From the NCBI GenBank assembly GCA_965637545.1, contig OZ281494.1:2170001-2234000 (forward strand): 64,000 bases of DNA, read 5' to 3'. The position numbers and the translations under genes are program-made. Every line of letters begins with the position of its first letter. Position 1 is the stretch's first letter. This DNA is from Phallusia mammillata. Lineage: Eukaryota. The notes beneath the pieces are model-generated. The model made no database searches. It saw only the letters and a program-made list of their open reading frames with translations, and was not told where the DNA came from. This document shows, piece by piece, positions 11,897 to 24,947 of this stretch.

Positions 11897-12184
11897 ATGC
11901 ATCTAATTTATACTCTGTCTATTTTGCTTGCTCTTGTTTCTACCAGTGTTGGTGATGTTGAAGGAAGTTGTGCAAGTAAGATTTGTTATTGATTTACCAC
12001 AACATATGCGGTTGGTTTAATTGGCAAAACATCAGGTTTAAAAGCTTCATATTGATATGTGATAAATGCAAAGTTTTCCTATTTAACTTATTTTCAGGTG
12101 AAGTTTTCCAACTTCAACAAAATGTTACTCATTTAAACAAACAAGTTTCTTTGGCGTATTCCAAACCAACTGTACCAACAACAA
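11897..12184 (+). pseudogene. Pentraxin class A 5' fragment (A1; exons 1-2 only)
   Basis: Exons 11897-11975 (MHLIYTLSILLALVSTSVGDVEGSCA) and 12098-12184 (coiled-coil-like EVFQLQQNVTHLNKQVSLAYSKPTVPTT). Intron 2 runs into an adhesion-GPCR exon copy, and there is no pentraxin domain. Confidence 0.85.
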
Positions 12185-12270
12185 GTAAGTTGTACTAACA
12201 ACATAAGTTACCATAACGTAAAGGTGAAGTTACATTATGCTAAAGAATTGCTCAACGGAACTGCGTGTTA

Positions 12271-12673
12271 TTGCTTAAATAATTGAGACTTAAAAACAAA
12301 AACTTTTTAATCAGATCCTGCCTTACATCACTGAAAGCACAGCGGTTTCGTTTCTCCTCATTACTGTCATCACAATCTTCAACGTCCACCATGCGATCGT
12401 AAACGACCGAATCTTTGTTTAAATCAACTTGTCACTGGCTCTCATGAACTTCCACACACTCAATTTAGTCCATGACGTCGCTATGACGTATCCACAACTG
12501 TGCAAGGCTCTGGCGGTTGCCATACACTACTTCCTGCTGTCTTCAGGTAATATTCTGTCTCAATAACACGCAACAGGGTTTACCTATAGTTTAATCAAAG
12601 GACAATGAACACATTTTACCACCTAAACATGGTTTGAATAAAATAGGCCCGACGGTTATTTTCGATGCTATCT
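12271..12673 (+). pseudogene. Duplicated, disabled copy of adhesion GPCR exon 6 (TM1-TM3) with flanking intron
   Basis: Near-identical to 5508-5903. The exon copy is 12315-12546 and carries an in-frame stop (GTT TAA where the parent has GTT CAA). Confidence 0.92.
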
Positions 12674-13951
12674 TATTTTGCAGCCTTATTCTCGTGTCCA
12701 GCGTAAAATATGTGCAAGTAAACATATCAGTAATTGGATGAAACTTAGTAGTCAGAGTTTGGAAGAAACCAAGATTATATCACTTCCGTATTTTTACGAT
12801 TGTGCTACTGGGCGAAAAAACGAAACACGGAGCATTTTATTGGGTGAATGTTTCTGCTAAGGCGGACAAAACTGGATGATTTTTTAACTGTGCTAGTTTT
12901 AAAATTTTGCTTTTACAGTTTTACATGTTTCTACCGCCGCTTAGAAACGTTTGTACGCTGTTTGCCAATGACAAACCATTTGGAACCACAGTGACGTTCG
13001 CAGCGACTGTGGTAACAATGTGTGCAAATATATTAAAAACCTCAACAGCTTCTAATTCAGTCACTTTTCAACACTTCTGTTTATCCATGTGACATATGTA
13101 ATCTCTACCTTACGGTTGGGAGTTTAGGGTGAAGTCTATTTTTCTATCGTGCTAAATGCAGGCCGAAGGTCAGTTGTAGGTCAATTCAACAAGCTGTTGA
13201 GAATTATCTTGCGTAATGTAAAATCCAGATGCAAAACTAAATTCAAAGCAACAACATTATAGATCAATAATTGATAAATATCACAGAGTCCAAAAAACTA
13301 TAATTTCACTTTGTTTTCTGCGTGGCACAAACAAAAAATAATAAGATTCAAACAACACTAGGCAATATTTGAAACGTCGAAAAAATGTTAAAATGTTCGG
13401 AATGTAAAGATATAAGGGAAATCTAAAGCACATTCTTAAGACAATGTAAGCACAGCTATTTCAACAACGTTTCGAAATGAATGTTAGCTTTTTTCCCTAC
13501 TTTGGTACGTTTGCCTTTCAAGGTGGCTTTTTATTTGGCTTTCAAGTGCAGTCGGACGTCACTTGGCAAACATCATTTGTGTTCATTGTGTTAAGAACAA
13601 ACATAAATGATATCGCAATATTTCGTGTGTATAGACACAAAAAGGTACGTGACAGGTGTGTCAATAGAGATTCTTTTTTTCTGCCGTATTTTGTCGTTAC
13701 AACAACTAAGGTTGTCGGTTATAACTATCGTATTGCCAAAGTACTTACTTTACAACTTACAGTTACTTACAACTACTTACTAAACTTACTACTTACAGTG
13801 CAAGGAAACGTGGTAAAGGAACTGGTGTACATGCAAACCTTGTTTTCTACTTAGTTTTTATTTAGTTTTTGTTTGCTATTGTTTTATTAGAAGATGTAAA
13901 AGACTAAAATATAGTTGTATCATTGTTTTTTGTCCAGATATACAAGTCAAA

Positions 13952-15462
13952 ATGCATCTAATTTATACTCTGTCTATTTTGCTTGCTCCTGTGTCTCTCA
14001 TTGCTGGTGATGTTGAAGAAAGTTGTGCAAGTAAGAATTGTTTTTATTCACCACAACCTATGCGTTTGGTTTAATTGGCAAAGCAACAAATTTAATAGCT
14101 TCATATTGATATGTGATAGATGCAAAGTTTTCCTTATTTAACTGATTTGCAGGTGAAGTTTCGCAACTCCAACAAAAAGTTACTCATTTGAACAAACAAG
14201 TTTCATTGGCGTATTCCAAACCAACTGTACCAACAACAAGTATGTTGTATTAATAACATACCATAACGTAAAAGTGAAGTTACATTATGCCAGTGGTTCC
14301 CAACCTTTCGTGGACCATGGCCCCCTTAAAGTAACGTTTTGGCCTCGTGGCCCCCTTCAAGTTACCTTTTAGGACCTGTGGCCCCCTTAAAGTGTAGATA
14401 GCAATCTCGCGTTAGCATGTTGTATTAATTTTGACCTTAAACAGGTCTAATGGAGTAAATGAGAGTGATAAACCTCACTATAAACAAATAGTATGTGAAA
14501 TCGTCGATTAAATTCGGGAATAAAGTTAAAGTGAAAATGACTTTTAGTGGGTGTTTCTTGTGAATCTACGCCCGTGTTCTTCTTGTGAATCTACGCCCGT
14601 GTTCTTGCATACTAAGAGACCCCGAAAGCAACAGGCGTGCGCGATGTCTTGGCGTAGAGCTTCAACCCGATTGATGTTCGATGACTTCAACCCGGTTTAT
14701 TTTCTTTGTTCACGTCCCAAAAACATTTCATGCCATTGAATCGAAATCCCCCTCACCTGTACTGATCCTGATTTTTACCCTCTTTCACATTGATGTATAT
14801 GGGTACCAATCTGCCATTTGCGCGATTCTCCCGTACTTTTTACTGGCATTAAATACTTGCTGCCTGGTTTACACCTCATTGAGGAATGACATAAAATTTT
14901 CAAAACGTCATGTTTTTTTTACAAATAAAATGGCTTGTCTTGTTTTTGTTAATTTCTATAATGATGTTGGAAATGGAAAATGTCACATATTTTTAGAATC
15001 ATGTTTGCGTCTGGTTTGATTCCGAGCTAGAGACGATTGGAGCTTACATCAATGGTGAAGAATTACCTGCACGAGGTTATGGAGGTGAAATTGTCCATGG
15101 AGGAGGAAGTTTAATACTTGGACAGGAGCAGGATGCGGTTAACGCGGGAGGTTTAGATCCCGATCAAAGCTTCAGGCAAATTAAAAACTTACCATTTGTT
15201 TGAAACTTAAACTCTATTTTTTGGTAGGTCTCATCATTGAAACAATCAACATAATTTGTACTGCGTGTTTTCTTTATTCAGTGGAACAATCGACAACTTC
15301 ATGATCTGGCCTCGAGTTCTCTCCCAAGTCGAAGTGCTAAGGATCGGAGCGTTGGGTCAATGTCCAGTCGACCACGCTGTTGTCATGACAACCGATCGCG
15401 TCGAGATGTGGGGAAAGAGTCGCTACTCTGTTCCGATCGAGTGCCCTCTTTTGGTGGTTTAA
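13952..15462 (+). pseudogene. Pentraxin class A pseudogene (A2), exon 3 missing
   Basis: Exons 13952-14030, 14153-14239, 14997-15175 and 15282-15462. Motifs NHVCVWFDS, GGSLILGQEQD and GTIDNFMIWPRVL. The exon-3 region is replaced by a hAT remnant, so exon 2 (phase 1) to exon 4 (phase 0) is out of frame. Confidence 0.85.
14291..14980 (-). mobile_element. Truncated hAT (Buster/Charlie-like) element remnant
   Basis: TIR-like CAGTGGTTCCCAACC at 14291, exactly where the A2 intron diverges from A1. Subterminal GTGGCCCCCTT repeats follow. A decayed minus-strand segment loosely resembles the hAT C-terminal dimerisation motif (KKINRVEVIEH..STPR). The other end was not found. Confidence 0.55.
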
Positions 15463-18048
15463 TATTGTGGTAGCATTTAAGAAAATAAAATTTTAAAATC
15501 TAAATGCCTAAAATTGATACTAAATACTCATAATTGTGGTGAATGTGGTGAATAAAAACTTGTTGTGATCATATTACTTGGTGAGACAAATCAACAGTTG
15601 TAGCCTCATAACCGCTTGGTGGCACTCGTAAGTCAGACTACAAAAGTACATCTGCTAATGTGCCACATTTTGTATGTGACAAGTTTAAATCAAAATTATT
15701 TGGTTTAAATCTAACATGCAAATATTAAAATTGATGCAGTTAAAAAAGTCTGCAAATTTACAAGTTCAAATAATGGGACTTAAACACGTTCATGACTGCC
15801 TCAGAAAAGGTGTAAATGAAAGCTATGCGACACAAATGAGGACCTTATTTGAATCAATACAAATCAATACAACCGTTTCCGTTTGAGTTTACTGAAAATT
15901 TTAACCGCAAAATGTTTAACAGGCAATCCCTTGGTTCACACGATGGGGGCGTCAACCATTTTGCTAAAACAACACAGTAAGCTTGTAAAACAAACTACAT
16001 ACTGACATAAGCGTAGATTGGTGTCAGACCGTTGTATTTTTGATAAAAAAAAACGTTATAATATGATGGTGTTATTAGAAACGTGTGAAACCCTTCATCA
16101 ATAACGTCATTACAAGATTCTGCAACAAACAACAAATAAGATATCAATGTTCTACCCTAAACGAGTCTTTAATTGAAACCAATGCAAAACTGTTGTGTTG
16201 CTTTATTCAAATCTGTCAGTCAAAGCGTGTTTGAACTTTTCAACTCAGGATGTTGACGAAGTAATAAAATGTGAAAATGTCGTTTTCTGGATCCACGTAA
16301 ATACTCAAAGGAAAAACAACACCTTGTTGACTCGAATCCTGTACACTGCAGTGAGCGCGATTGTGATAGGTTTATGTTAATGTTTGCTAATGAGTCTTAA
16401 GGTCAAACGTCTCACCACAAATTAAACAGATACCACCGTCTTTAACCTCCCAAGCGTCTGAGTTTGCCAGTACAAATAATCTTCACACCGGTGTCGTGCA
16501 CTTTGGTTCGTTTGTTTACTAAAAGAATACGACACACTGATGTTTAGCAGAATTGGAACAGAAGGAAAAGTCAAACAGACTTCAACAAAAAGGGCTGAAA
16601 TAAACCAGTGCGGTTTTACAACTTATATACTCGGAATAAAAACGTCAATGTGTGCACATGTGCTCGTGCGATTGGTTTGTGCACAATTCCTACTCAAAGC
16701 AGCGTTCAATCACAGCACAGTACAAGGCACACAGCTATAGCATGTAAACACGAGATCACAGAGTCACATCCACATTCTTTTAGCTGCGACAGGAAATATT
16801 GGAAACTTCATGGCATGATTTTACAATACAGTTGAACTAGGTTGCTACACATTTTGACTTCTAAGCAAGCTTCCCGCCAGCGAGTCGAAACGAGCTGTTG
16901 CAAAACAAGTATTGTATTATTTCCAAATTTTAAATTAAATTATTGCATTTGCTAAAAGAGTGTGATCACTTTCTAAATATTACCTATGGATACAAACTGG
17001 CTCTAACCACCAGACAATCTGCTGTTGTCTGTCCCACACGGTGCATATCGTCGCCAGGGTATGTCAACTTGGTAGTTTATCACACAACTTCTAAAGCTGC
17101 ATCGGCACCGTTGTCAGACTTAACCAGTATATTTTATGTTCCGATACAAATGATCAAACAAGTTCATGGCTATTATCCATTGAAGGATGTTCAAATTATT
17201 AAAATTTTTGGTGATTGCGCTGGTATGATCGGTGTAATAAAACATACCAGTTAATAAACCTATGCAAACAGCTTGGTAATCCTTTTTTAACAAACCAAGG
17301 AATTTCACTGTACCACTTGTTATGGATCAAATAAAACACAAACATTCATTAGGTTTGTAGTTGGGTCAACAAAACTGTCATAATATGATATGTATGCTTC
17401 CACGTAATTTTTCCTATGATACATCGCCTATAAACGATTTGTCGGCTTTTTGATAAGGATAAACAATTCAGAATCGTGCTTCTAATTTAGTAACCTTTCA
17501 ACATTTCTGTTTAATCACTTGGCATTTATGATCTATCCCACGCATAATAAGACTAAAACTGATCTTGTGTATTAAAGTGGTTGCTACGTTTCTTTAGTTG
17601 TTAGAGAATAAAATAAACCGCGATACGCCCTTAGGAAAGCCAGTGTTAGGTAGATCCAGTTACGTGGTGGGCCGTCATAACAAAGATCGGGACCGATTAC
17701 AGAAATGGATCGACAGATTCAATAATATTTTACATCTCACTTGAATATCAAACACGTCTTCAGGCATCTACAAGCGTTTAACGTTTCCAATCACCTTTGT
17801 ACATTTAAATTTCGGCGCCATTTGTAAATAAAAAAGGTAAATTTGTTCTGGCCTACACAAAGCCGTGAAATTTCCAACGTTTCAATTTTGATAAAACACG
17901 ATGTCATTTTCAAATATATATTTGCAATGAAAAGTCGACAATACTGCGAATGCGCATTTCGCCACAGTTGGCTGCTCCCTCTAGTTCTCGAATTGAATTA
18001 TACCAGACATTAGGCAAATAACTTACTAGCAACAATCATTACCTGGAA

Positions 18049-19290
18049 ATAGAATTTAAAGTAAATCTATTATTCCTGATGCTTGTGGCTTCCGCTTCTT
18101 CCGACGGTGTTACAGACAGAAGCACAATGAAGCCAAATACTTCAGACAACACGACATGCGAAGTAAATTCATGTTATGCAGGTATCATAAATATTTCATA
18201 CTGTTTGCAAAATTAGTTTCAGTAAAACTAAAAAAATGTAAACAGATAAACTTCAAGAAATGGAGAAAAAGTTTGTAAATCTGCAAATGCAAGTTAGGGC
18301 GATGCAGATACCGCCACAGACACCGAATGAAAGTAAGTAGAAAAGATGATGTCCATTGTATAGTATCTGAAGTAATTTACATTTCTACAAATGTGTTTGT
18401 AATGTTTCTTTGCTATGAAGCAAAGAACATGTCAGGCCACGTAAAACAATTATGATTCTGATATCTTAAGCCATAGCCTGCTTTAAATCGACCGGTAGGT
18501 TTGTGGAATTATGTTTTGATCTGTCTTTTTCAAAAATCGCCTTGCGTACGTTTATCCATAGTGCCATGTTGACTAATAATTTCTAACTGTTGCAAAATGC
18601 TCGTACTGATTGCACTAATTTTAGTGAACCAAAATAAAAAAAAAAATTTTCCTCTCAGGCTGTCCCCGAACTCACTTCATTTTACCACGTGACAACCAAC
18701 AGGAAGATAACATCCGGTACAGGAGATACTTTTCCACGCTCAAGGCTGCCACCATGTGTGCTTTTATATTTCTGGAGGATTTGACGTACCGTGTTCCGGT
18801 TGCAAGTTATCAAACATCCAATAACCCTAACGAGTTTCTCATTGAAATTATACCTGACGAAGGGGCATTACGTTTTATTATGAATTACGATTCGTATAAC
18901 GACTTCTACTATACCTTCAAGACGGGAACACAGGTAAAAAAATACGACACAAATTCTATTGCGTCAATTTTTTGTTTGATAAATAGGTTACTGTCATACA
19001 TTTTCAAAAATTGGTTTCTTTTGTTTTACATACAACTTGAGTAAACACTTAATGTCGTGTAACATTTTTGTGCTATTCTAAAATACAAAAATTGATTTAT
19101 TTGCATTCCAGTATCACATCTGTGCATGGTTTGATTCAACGAACAAAATCATGGGCGTATATGTCAACGGAGAAGATATTGGCACACAAGGGTATGACGG
19201 ATCGATCATTGAAGGGGGTGGAAGCTTTTTGGTTGGTCAAGACGAAGATTACCGAAAAAGTACAGGATTTTTCAACGAAAGAAGTTTTCG
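18049..19290 (+). pseudogene. Pentraxin class B probable pseudogene (B1)
   Basis: Exons 18049-18181, 18246-18332, 18659-18933 and 19112-19290 (YHICAWFDS..GGSFLVGQDED). ATA stands where paralog B4 has its ATG, and an in-frame stop lies upstream. No terminal exon was found before the next spacer. Confidence 0.75.
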
Positions 19291-20383
19291 GTATATATAC
19301 ATTTCAAACGAATTCTTGCACAATTGACCGAAAAGATAGACATTAGTTTCTGTTTTCTTAGCAATTGCATTATACACAGCATGGGTGGCCAAACGTTTTT
19401 TAATCGTGGCGATTTTTTCAGGCGAAGGGCGGTTATTTATATAAAGTTTTAACTATAGAATTAGATCTGAAGTATTTGATCACTTCAGAAATGTGTTTTG
19501 TATTGTTAGAACTTTGCATTATTTTTATCGTTCTGTTCCGGTATGAAACACTGATTACATTTGCGACTGTAGTCGGTCTTAACTTGATGTTCTAGCAATA
19601 AAAGCATATTAAAAGCATATAGAAGCATAATGAAAATCACACAGTCCAAAATCGTTGTTTTTACCTTGCTTTCTGCATGGTACAAACTAAAAAAAGAGTA
19701 AGTTTCAAACTACTCCAAGCATTTATTAAGGTCGAAAAAACAAATAGGATTTAGACAAAAACTGTCCCTAAATAAAACAGCAAAGTTAATGAACATTTTA
19801 AGCGTCCATTGCAGCCAAAGCTTATTGTTGGCATGGATTTTTGAGTACATTAAGCACAATATAACATAATCATTCTCTTTCGGAAAGATATAAGGGAAAG
19901 CAAAATCACATTATCAAGACAATGTAGGCACAATAATTTGAACATCATTACGAAATGAATGTTTGCTTTTATCTCTTGGTACGTTTGCTTTTCAAGGCGG
20001 CTTTTTATTTAGCTCTCAAGTGCAGTCGGACGTCAATTGGCAAACATCACTTGTGTTCATTATTTGTTAAGAATAAACGTGGTAGAAGCATACTTCAGTC
20101 ACATGATAAAATATGTCGCAATATTTCGTGTGTATAGAGCCTAAAAAGGTAAGTGGGAGGTGTATAAATAAGGACCAAGGTTGTCGATTACAACTATCAT
20201 ATTGCTAAAATACCCAACGAGACAGTGCAAGGAAACGTGGTAAAGGAACATGTGTACATGGAAACCTTGTGTTCAACTTAGTTTTTATTCAGTTTTTGTT
20301 TGCTATTGTTTTATTCTAAGATTTAAAAGTTTATAATATAGGTTTATCATTGTTTTGTCTTTCTCCAGACATACAACGTCAAT

Positions 20384-22379
20384 ATGCATCTAATTTATAC
20401 TCTGTCTATTTTGCTTGCTCTTGTTTCTATCAGTGTTGGTGATGTTGAAGAAAATTGTGCAAGTAAGATATGTTTTTGATTCACCATAACACATGCGTTG
20501 GGTTTGATTGGCAAAACATCAGGTTTAAATGCTGCATATTGATATGTAATAAATGCGAAGTTTTGCTGCAGGTGAAGTTTTTCAACTTCAACAAAAAGTT
20601 AATCATTTGAACACACAAGTGTCTTTGGCATATTCCAAACCAACTGTACCGACAACAAGTAAGTTGTATAAACAACAGACAAAAGTAAAATCACAGTATA
20701 CCAAAAAAATGATCAACGAATCTGCATATAATTTGTCAGGAATCTACAAATATTTACATTATTTACAGATTTGTAAATATCTACAGATTGTACCTTGACA
20801 CATTTTGAGTTTCCACGTCAGCAGCAAAAGGAAGATTTCGTCTGGTACCGCATGCACTTTCCCAGGCTTACGAGTGCCACCATGTGTGCTTGGGTCAAAA
20901 CAACACCGACCGCTGATCGCAGTTTCATGAGTTATGCAACTAACAAACATGACAACCAGTTCCTTATTTTCCTTGACAATCCAACAACACTGCAAGTTTA
21001 CATACAGGATAGTGTTGTTGAGTTTAAATTTCCTGATGCAGAAAAAATGGTAAGTTTGCAAGAATTAGTACATGTCTGTGCGGACTGATTGACCTTTGAT
21101 TGAGATGTGGACTTGACGTGAGACGCAACTAACACGTTATGTTTGTAAGACTCTCTGACGAAAAATAACAAATATAAACACAAAGTGTTTGTCCCATTGC
21201 GCACGGAGATGTTCTGCTAACCTCTACACCTTTTCATTTTTATAACGATTCGAAATAGTTGTTTTTCATGAATAATTTTGATCTTGGAATTCGAATATAA
21301 ATGTTCTAAATCAGTGGTTCTAGACCTTTTATGCGCCGGAGCCCCCTAAAAGTAACTTTATAGCTTATAATAGCTTACTGATTTTTGGTGGATGCTTACA
21401 CCTGCATACGGATCGTCAAACCGTCATATTTTTTACAAATTAATTGATTGAGTGTGTTTTGTCAAATTGTATATTGACGCCGGAAAGAGGAAATGCATCC
21501 TAACGAGTTTAGTGAATAACAACTATTTTTAGAATCATGTATGCGTCTGGTTTGATTCCAAACGAGCGGTGATTGGAGCTTACATAAATGGTGAAGAATT
21601 GCTTCCACAAGGTTATAAAGCAGGGGTTCCCAACCTGTGGTACGCGTACCACTAGTGGTACGCGAAGGTTTTTCAGGTGGTACGCGAGTAGCTTCCTTTT
21701 TTTCACAAAGATTCCCGGAAATGACTTTCGATGCGCTGTTAGCAAATTTACACCGCGCATCGACCAATAGGTGGACAGTAAACAAACACCGAAATCTCGT
21801 TAAATTTAGTTGTGGTGCTTTAGTTGGCCAATATAATTCTTCTGAATAAAATTTATTTCGATCAAATTAGTCGTTCTGTACGAAGTGGTACGCGTGGCAG
21901 TACAGAGCGTCCAAGTGGTACGAGATCGTAAAAAGGTTGGGAACCCCTGTTATAAAGGATATATAATCCCAGGTAGAGGAAGTTTGATCCTTGGACAGGA
22001 TCAGGATTCTCTTAACGCTGGAGGTTTAGATCCTGGCCAACGCTTCAGGCAAGATAACCGATACTTTAGAAACTTTTCACCATTTCTTTAACTAAAACTC
22101 TAATTTTTGGCATGTTTCATCAGTGAAACAATCAACATAATTTTTACTGCGCGAGGGAACATTTATTTTAACTACTGCCATTGGTTTTCTTTATACAGTG
22201 GAACAATCGACAACTTTATGATCTGGCCTCGTGTTCTCTCCCAAGTCGAAGTGCTGAGGATCGGGGCGCTTGGGCAATGTCCGGTCGACCACGCTGTTGT
22301 CATGACAACCGACCGCATCGAGATGTGGGGGGAGAGCCTGTACTCTGTTCCGACCGAATGCCCTCTGATGGTCATTTAG
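20384..22379 (+). pseudogene. Pentraxin class A gene (A3) disrupted by a MITE in exon 4
   Basis: Exons 20384-20462, 20572-20658, 20787-21049, 21533-22048 (interrupted) and 22199-22379. Removing the element plus one TSD restores a 789-nt, 262-aa ORF. Intron 4 has a GC donor. Confidence 0.88.
21621..21949. mobile_element. hAT/Buster-type MITE, 329 bp, perfect 16-bp TIRs and 8-bp TSD
   Basis: CAGGGGTTCCCAACCT...AGGTTGGGAACCCCTG. TSD TTATAAAG at 21613-21620 and 21950-21957. Internal GTGGTACGCG repeats. Confidence 0.95.
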
Positions 22380-24947
22380 TCTTGTGCCAGCATTGATGAA
22401 TATACAATTGTAAACGCAAAATGCCTAAAATTAATACTAGATAATCGTAATTGTGGTGAATGTGGAGAATAAAAAAATTTTGCAGTCATGGTGAGACGTG
22501 AGACGAATCAAAAGTTATAGCCTCATAACTGCTTGGTGGCACTCGTAAGTCACGTTACAAAAGTACATCGGCCAATGTGCCACATTTTGTATGTGACATA
22601 AAGTTTAAATCAAAATTAGTTGGTTTAAATCTAACATGAAGTTGACAACAAAAAAGTCAGCCTATGTCCAACTTCAGATAATGATTGTTAGTAGGCTTAA
22701 AGTGACTCGGATATGAGATTGCATCGTTGCACTTAAACACGTTCATGACAGCCAAAGAAAAGGTCTAAATGAAAGCTATGCGACCTAAATGAGGGCATTA
22801 TTTAAATCAATACAATTTTCAGTGTTAGTTTACTGCAAAGTTTAACCGTAAAATGTATAACCGTGAATCCCTTGGTTCACACAATAGGGGCGTCAATCAT
22901 TTCGCTGAAACAACATGAGCTTAAAACAACGCTACGTACTAAGATAGACGTAGATTGGTTTATACCGTTGCATTATTACAAAAACATCAAAAATGGTAAA
23001 AAAAACAATGGTCTTTAAATTGGACTCAATGCAAAACTGTTGTGTGACTTTTTCCATTTTGTCAGTCAAATCGTGTTTAAACTTTTTAACTGTGTTTCCG
23101 AGGGAACAATGTGTTGAAATGCCGTTATCCGGATCCAGACAAACACAGCATGGGAAAACAACATCTTGTCGATTTGAACCCTGTACACTGTAGTGTGCGC
23201 GATCGTGATGGGTGTATGTTAATGTTTGCTAATGAGTCTCAAGGTTAACCGCCTCACCACAAATTAAACACATACCACCGTTCCTATCCTACCAAGCTCC
23301 TGGGTTGCCACGATCGTGGTATCTCCACACGGGTCTCTTGTACTTCAGTTCGTTTGTTTATTACTTCTTTTAAAAAATACGACACGCTAATGTGTAGCAG
23401 AATTTCAACAGAAGAAAAGCGAACTACAACAAAAAGGGCTGAATTGAACCAGTGCAGTTTTCTATATACTCGTGATAAAAGCATTAAATTGTGCACATGT
23501 ACTCGTGCGATTGGTTTATGCACAATTCCTGCTCAAAGCAGCTTCTAATCACAGCACAGTACAAAGCACATTGTTAAAGCATGTTAAAGCTCCTGAACAC
23601 CAGATGATAAAGTCACATTAACATCGTAATTAACTGTGACAGGAAATTTTAGCACATTTTATGGCATGATTTCACAACACAATTGAATTAGGTTGCTACA
23701 CATTTAGTCTTTCTCGCAGTTGATGAGCATGTCAAAACGAGCTGTTTTGCTGAACAACTATTGCAATATTTCTATATGTTATTATTGCAATCGCTAAAAC
23801 AGTTTGATCACGTTGTAAACGTTATTGATGGCGACTAACTAGGTCTAACGTTCAGACAAACTGTTCTTGTTTCCCGGACGCAACTTGGTAGTTTATAACA
23901 CAACTCCCATGACGTTCCAATTAATAAACTATGTGGTAATTGCGCTTTTTATCTTTTAATGCAGGCGTATTCTTTTCTCTATCTCTATATTTTAAGTGAC
24001 AAATTAGTAGAAACTTACTGCAATTGTCGTGATAAATAGATTTGCATATTACTAGGAAATCGTCATTATTGTTGACCAAAAAAATTTTCAGAAATTTAAT
24101 TTAAATCTTATCTTCAACAACTTCACAGTGACACAAAATTGCTTAACTAAATTTTGGTCTACAATATTGTAACATCATTGTTAAAGGAAGTAAAGATGAA
24201 TCGTCATGTCAAGTGTCCAATGCTTTTTTATTGTTCGAAGCGCCAGGACAGAAAGACATGTCGCTTTTTACATCTTTTTGTTACACCAATGTCAATAATT
24301 TGTTTTGTCAGGTAAAATTTCTTTGATAAATTTTAAATGCTTTTCTGTTTGGTAAAAGTCCCAAATTAATACATTTTAAGTGACGGTATGTTTAGGAATT
24401 AGTACTGCCACATAAACAGATCATGGGAAAACAACATATTGTCGGCTTGAACCCTGCACACAATGATATCATTTGTTAACATTGTTCATGGCGACACATT
24501 GGTGGTCACTTGTACTCTAGCTGCTGTTGTTTTTCTCACATAGCGTATTACGTCGTCTGGGTATGTTGTTCCAATAAACTTTGTATCACACGAAGTCTGG
24601 AAATGTCGACAATTTGTGGACTATGATAACTTTGTAAACATAATTCATGGCGACATACTGGTTGTCACTTCTTTTTAAGCTGCTGTTGTTTTTCCCACAT
24701 GGTTTGTCACATACACTTTAGTCTGTTATTTTAAAACCGACTGGAACAGTTCTCACACAATGTGTAGGGAATATAAGACAAGTCAGGACTGCCTTCAAGC
24801 ACATTTACATATCAGAGGCCGGAAAGAACATTTCAACCATAGTTCTGTGAAATTTGTAAAGTTGATAAGTAATACTGGTTGATCTGTTTCTGAAAATAGA
24901 AAATATAAACAGAGAATTTCGTAACATAGTTTGAGTTGTCGCGCAAA

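Noticed and set aside
21621-21957. Idea that the A3 MITE is spliced out using an internal GT donor and the AG at the end of the second TSD
   Set aside because: The GT sites near the left end would retain 5, 16, 19, 25, 34 or 37 nt. None is a multiple of 3, so the frame is not restored.
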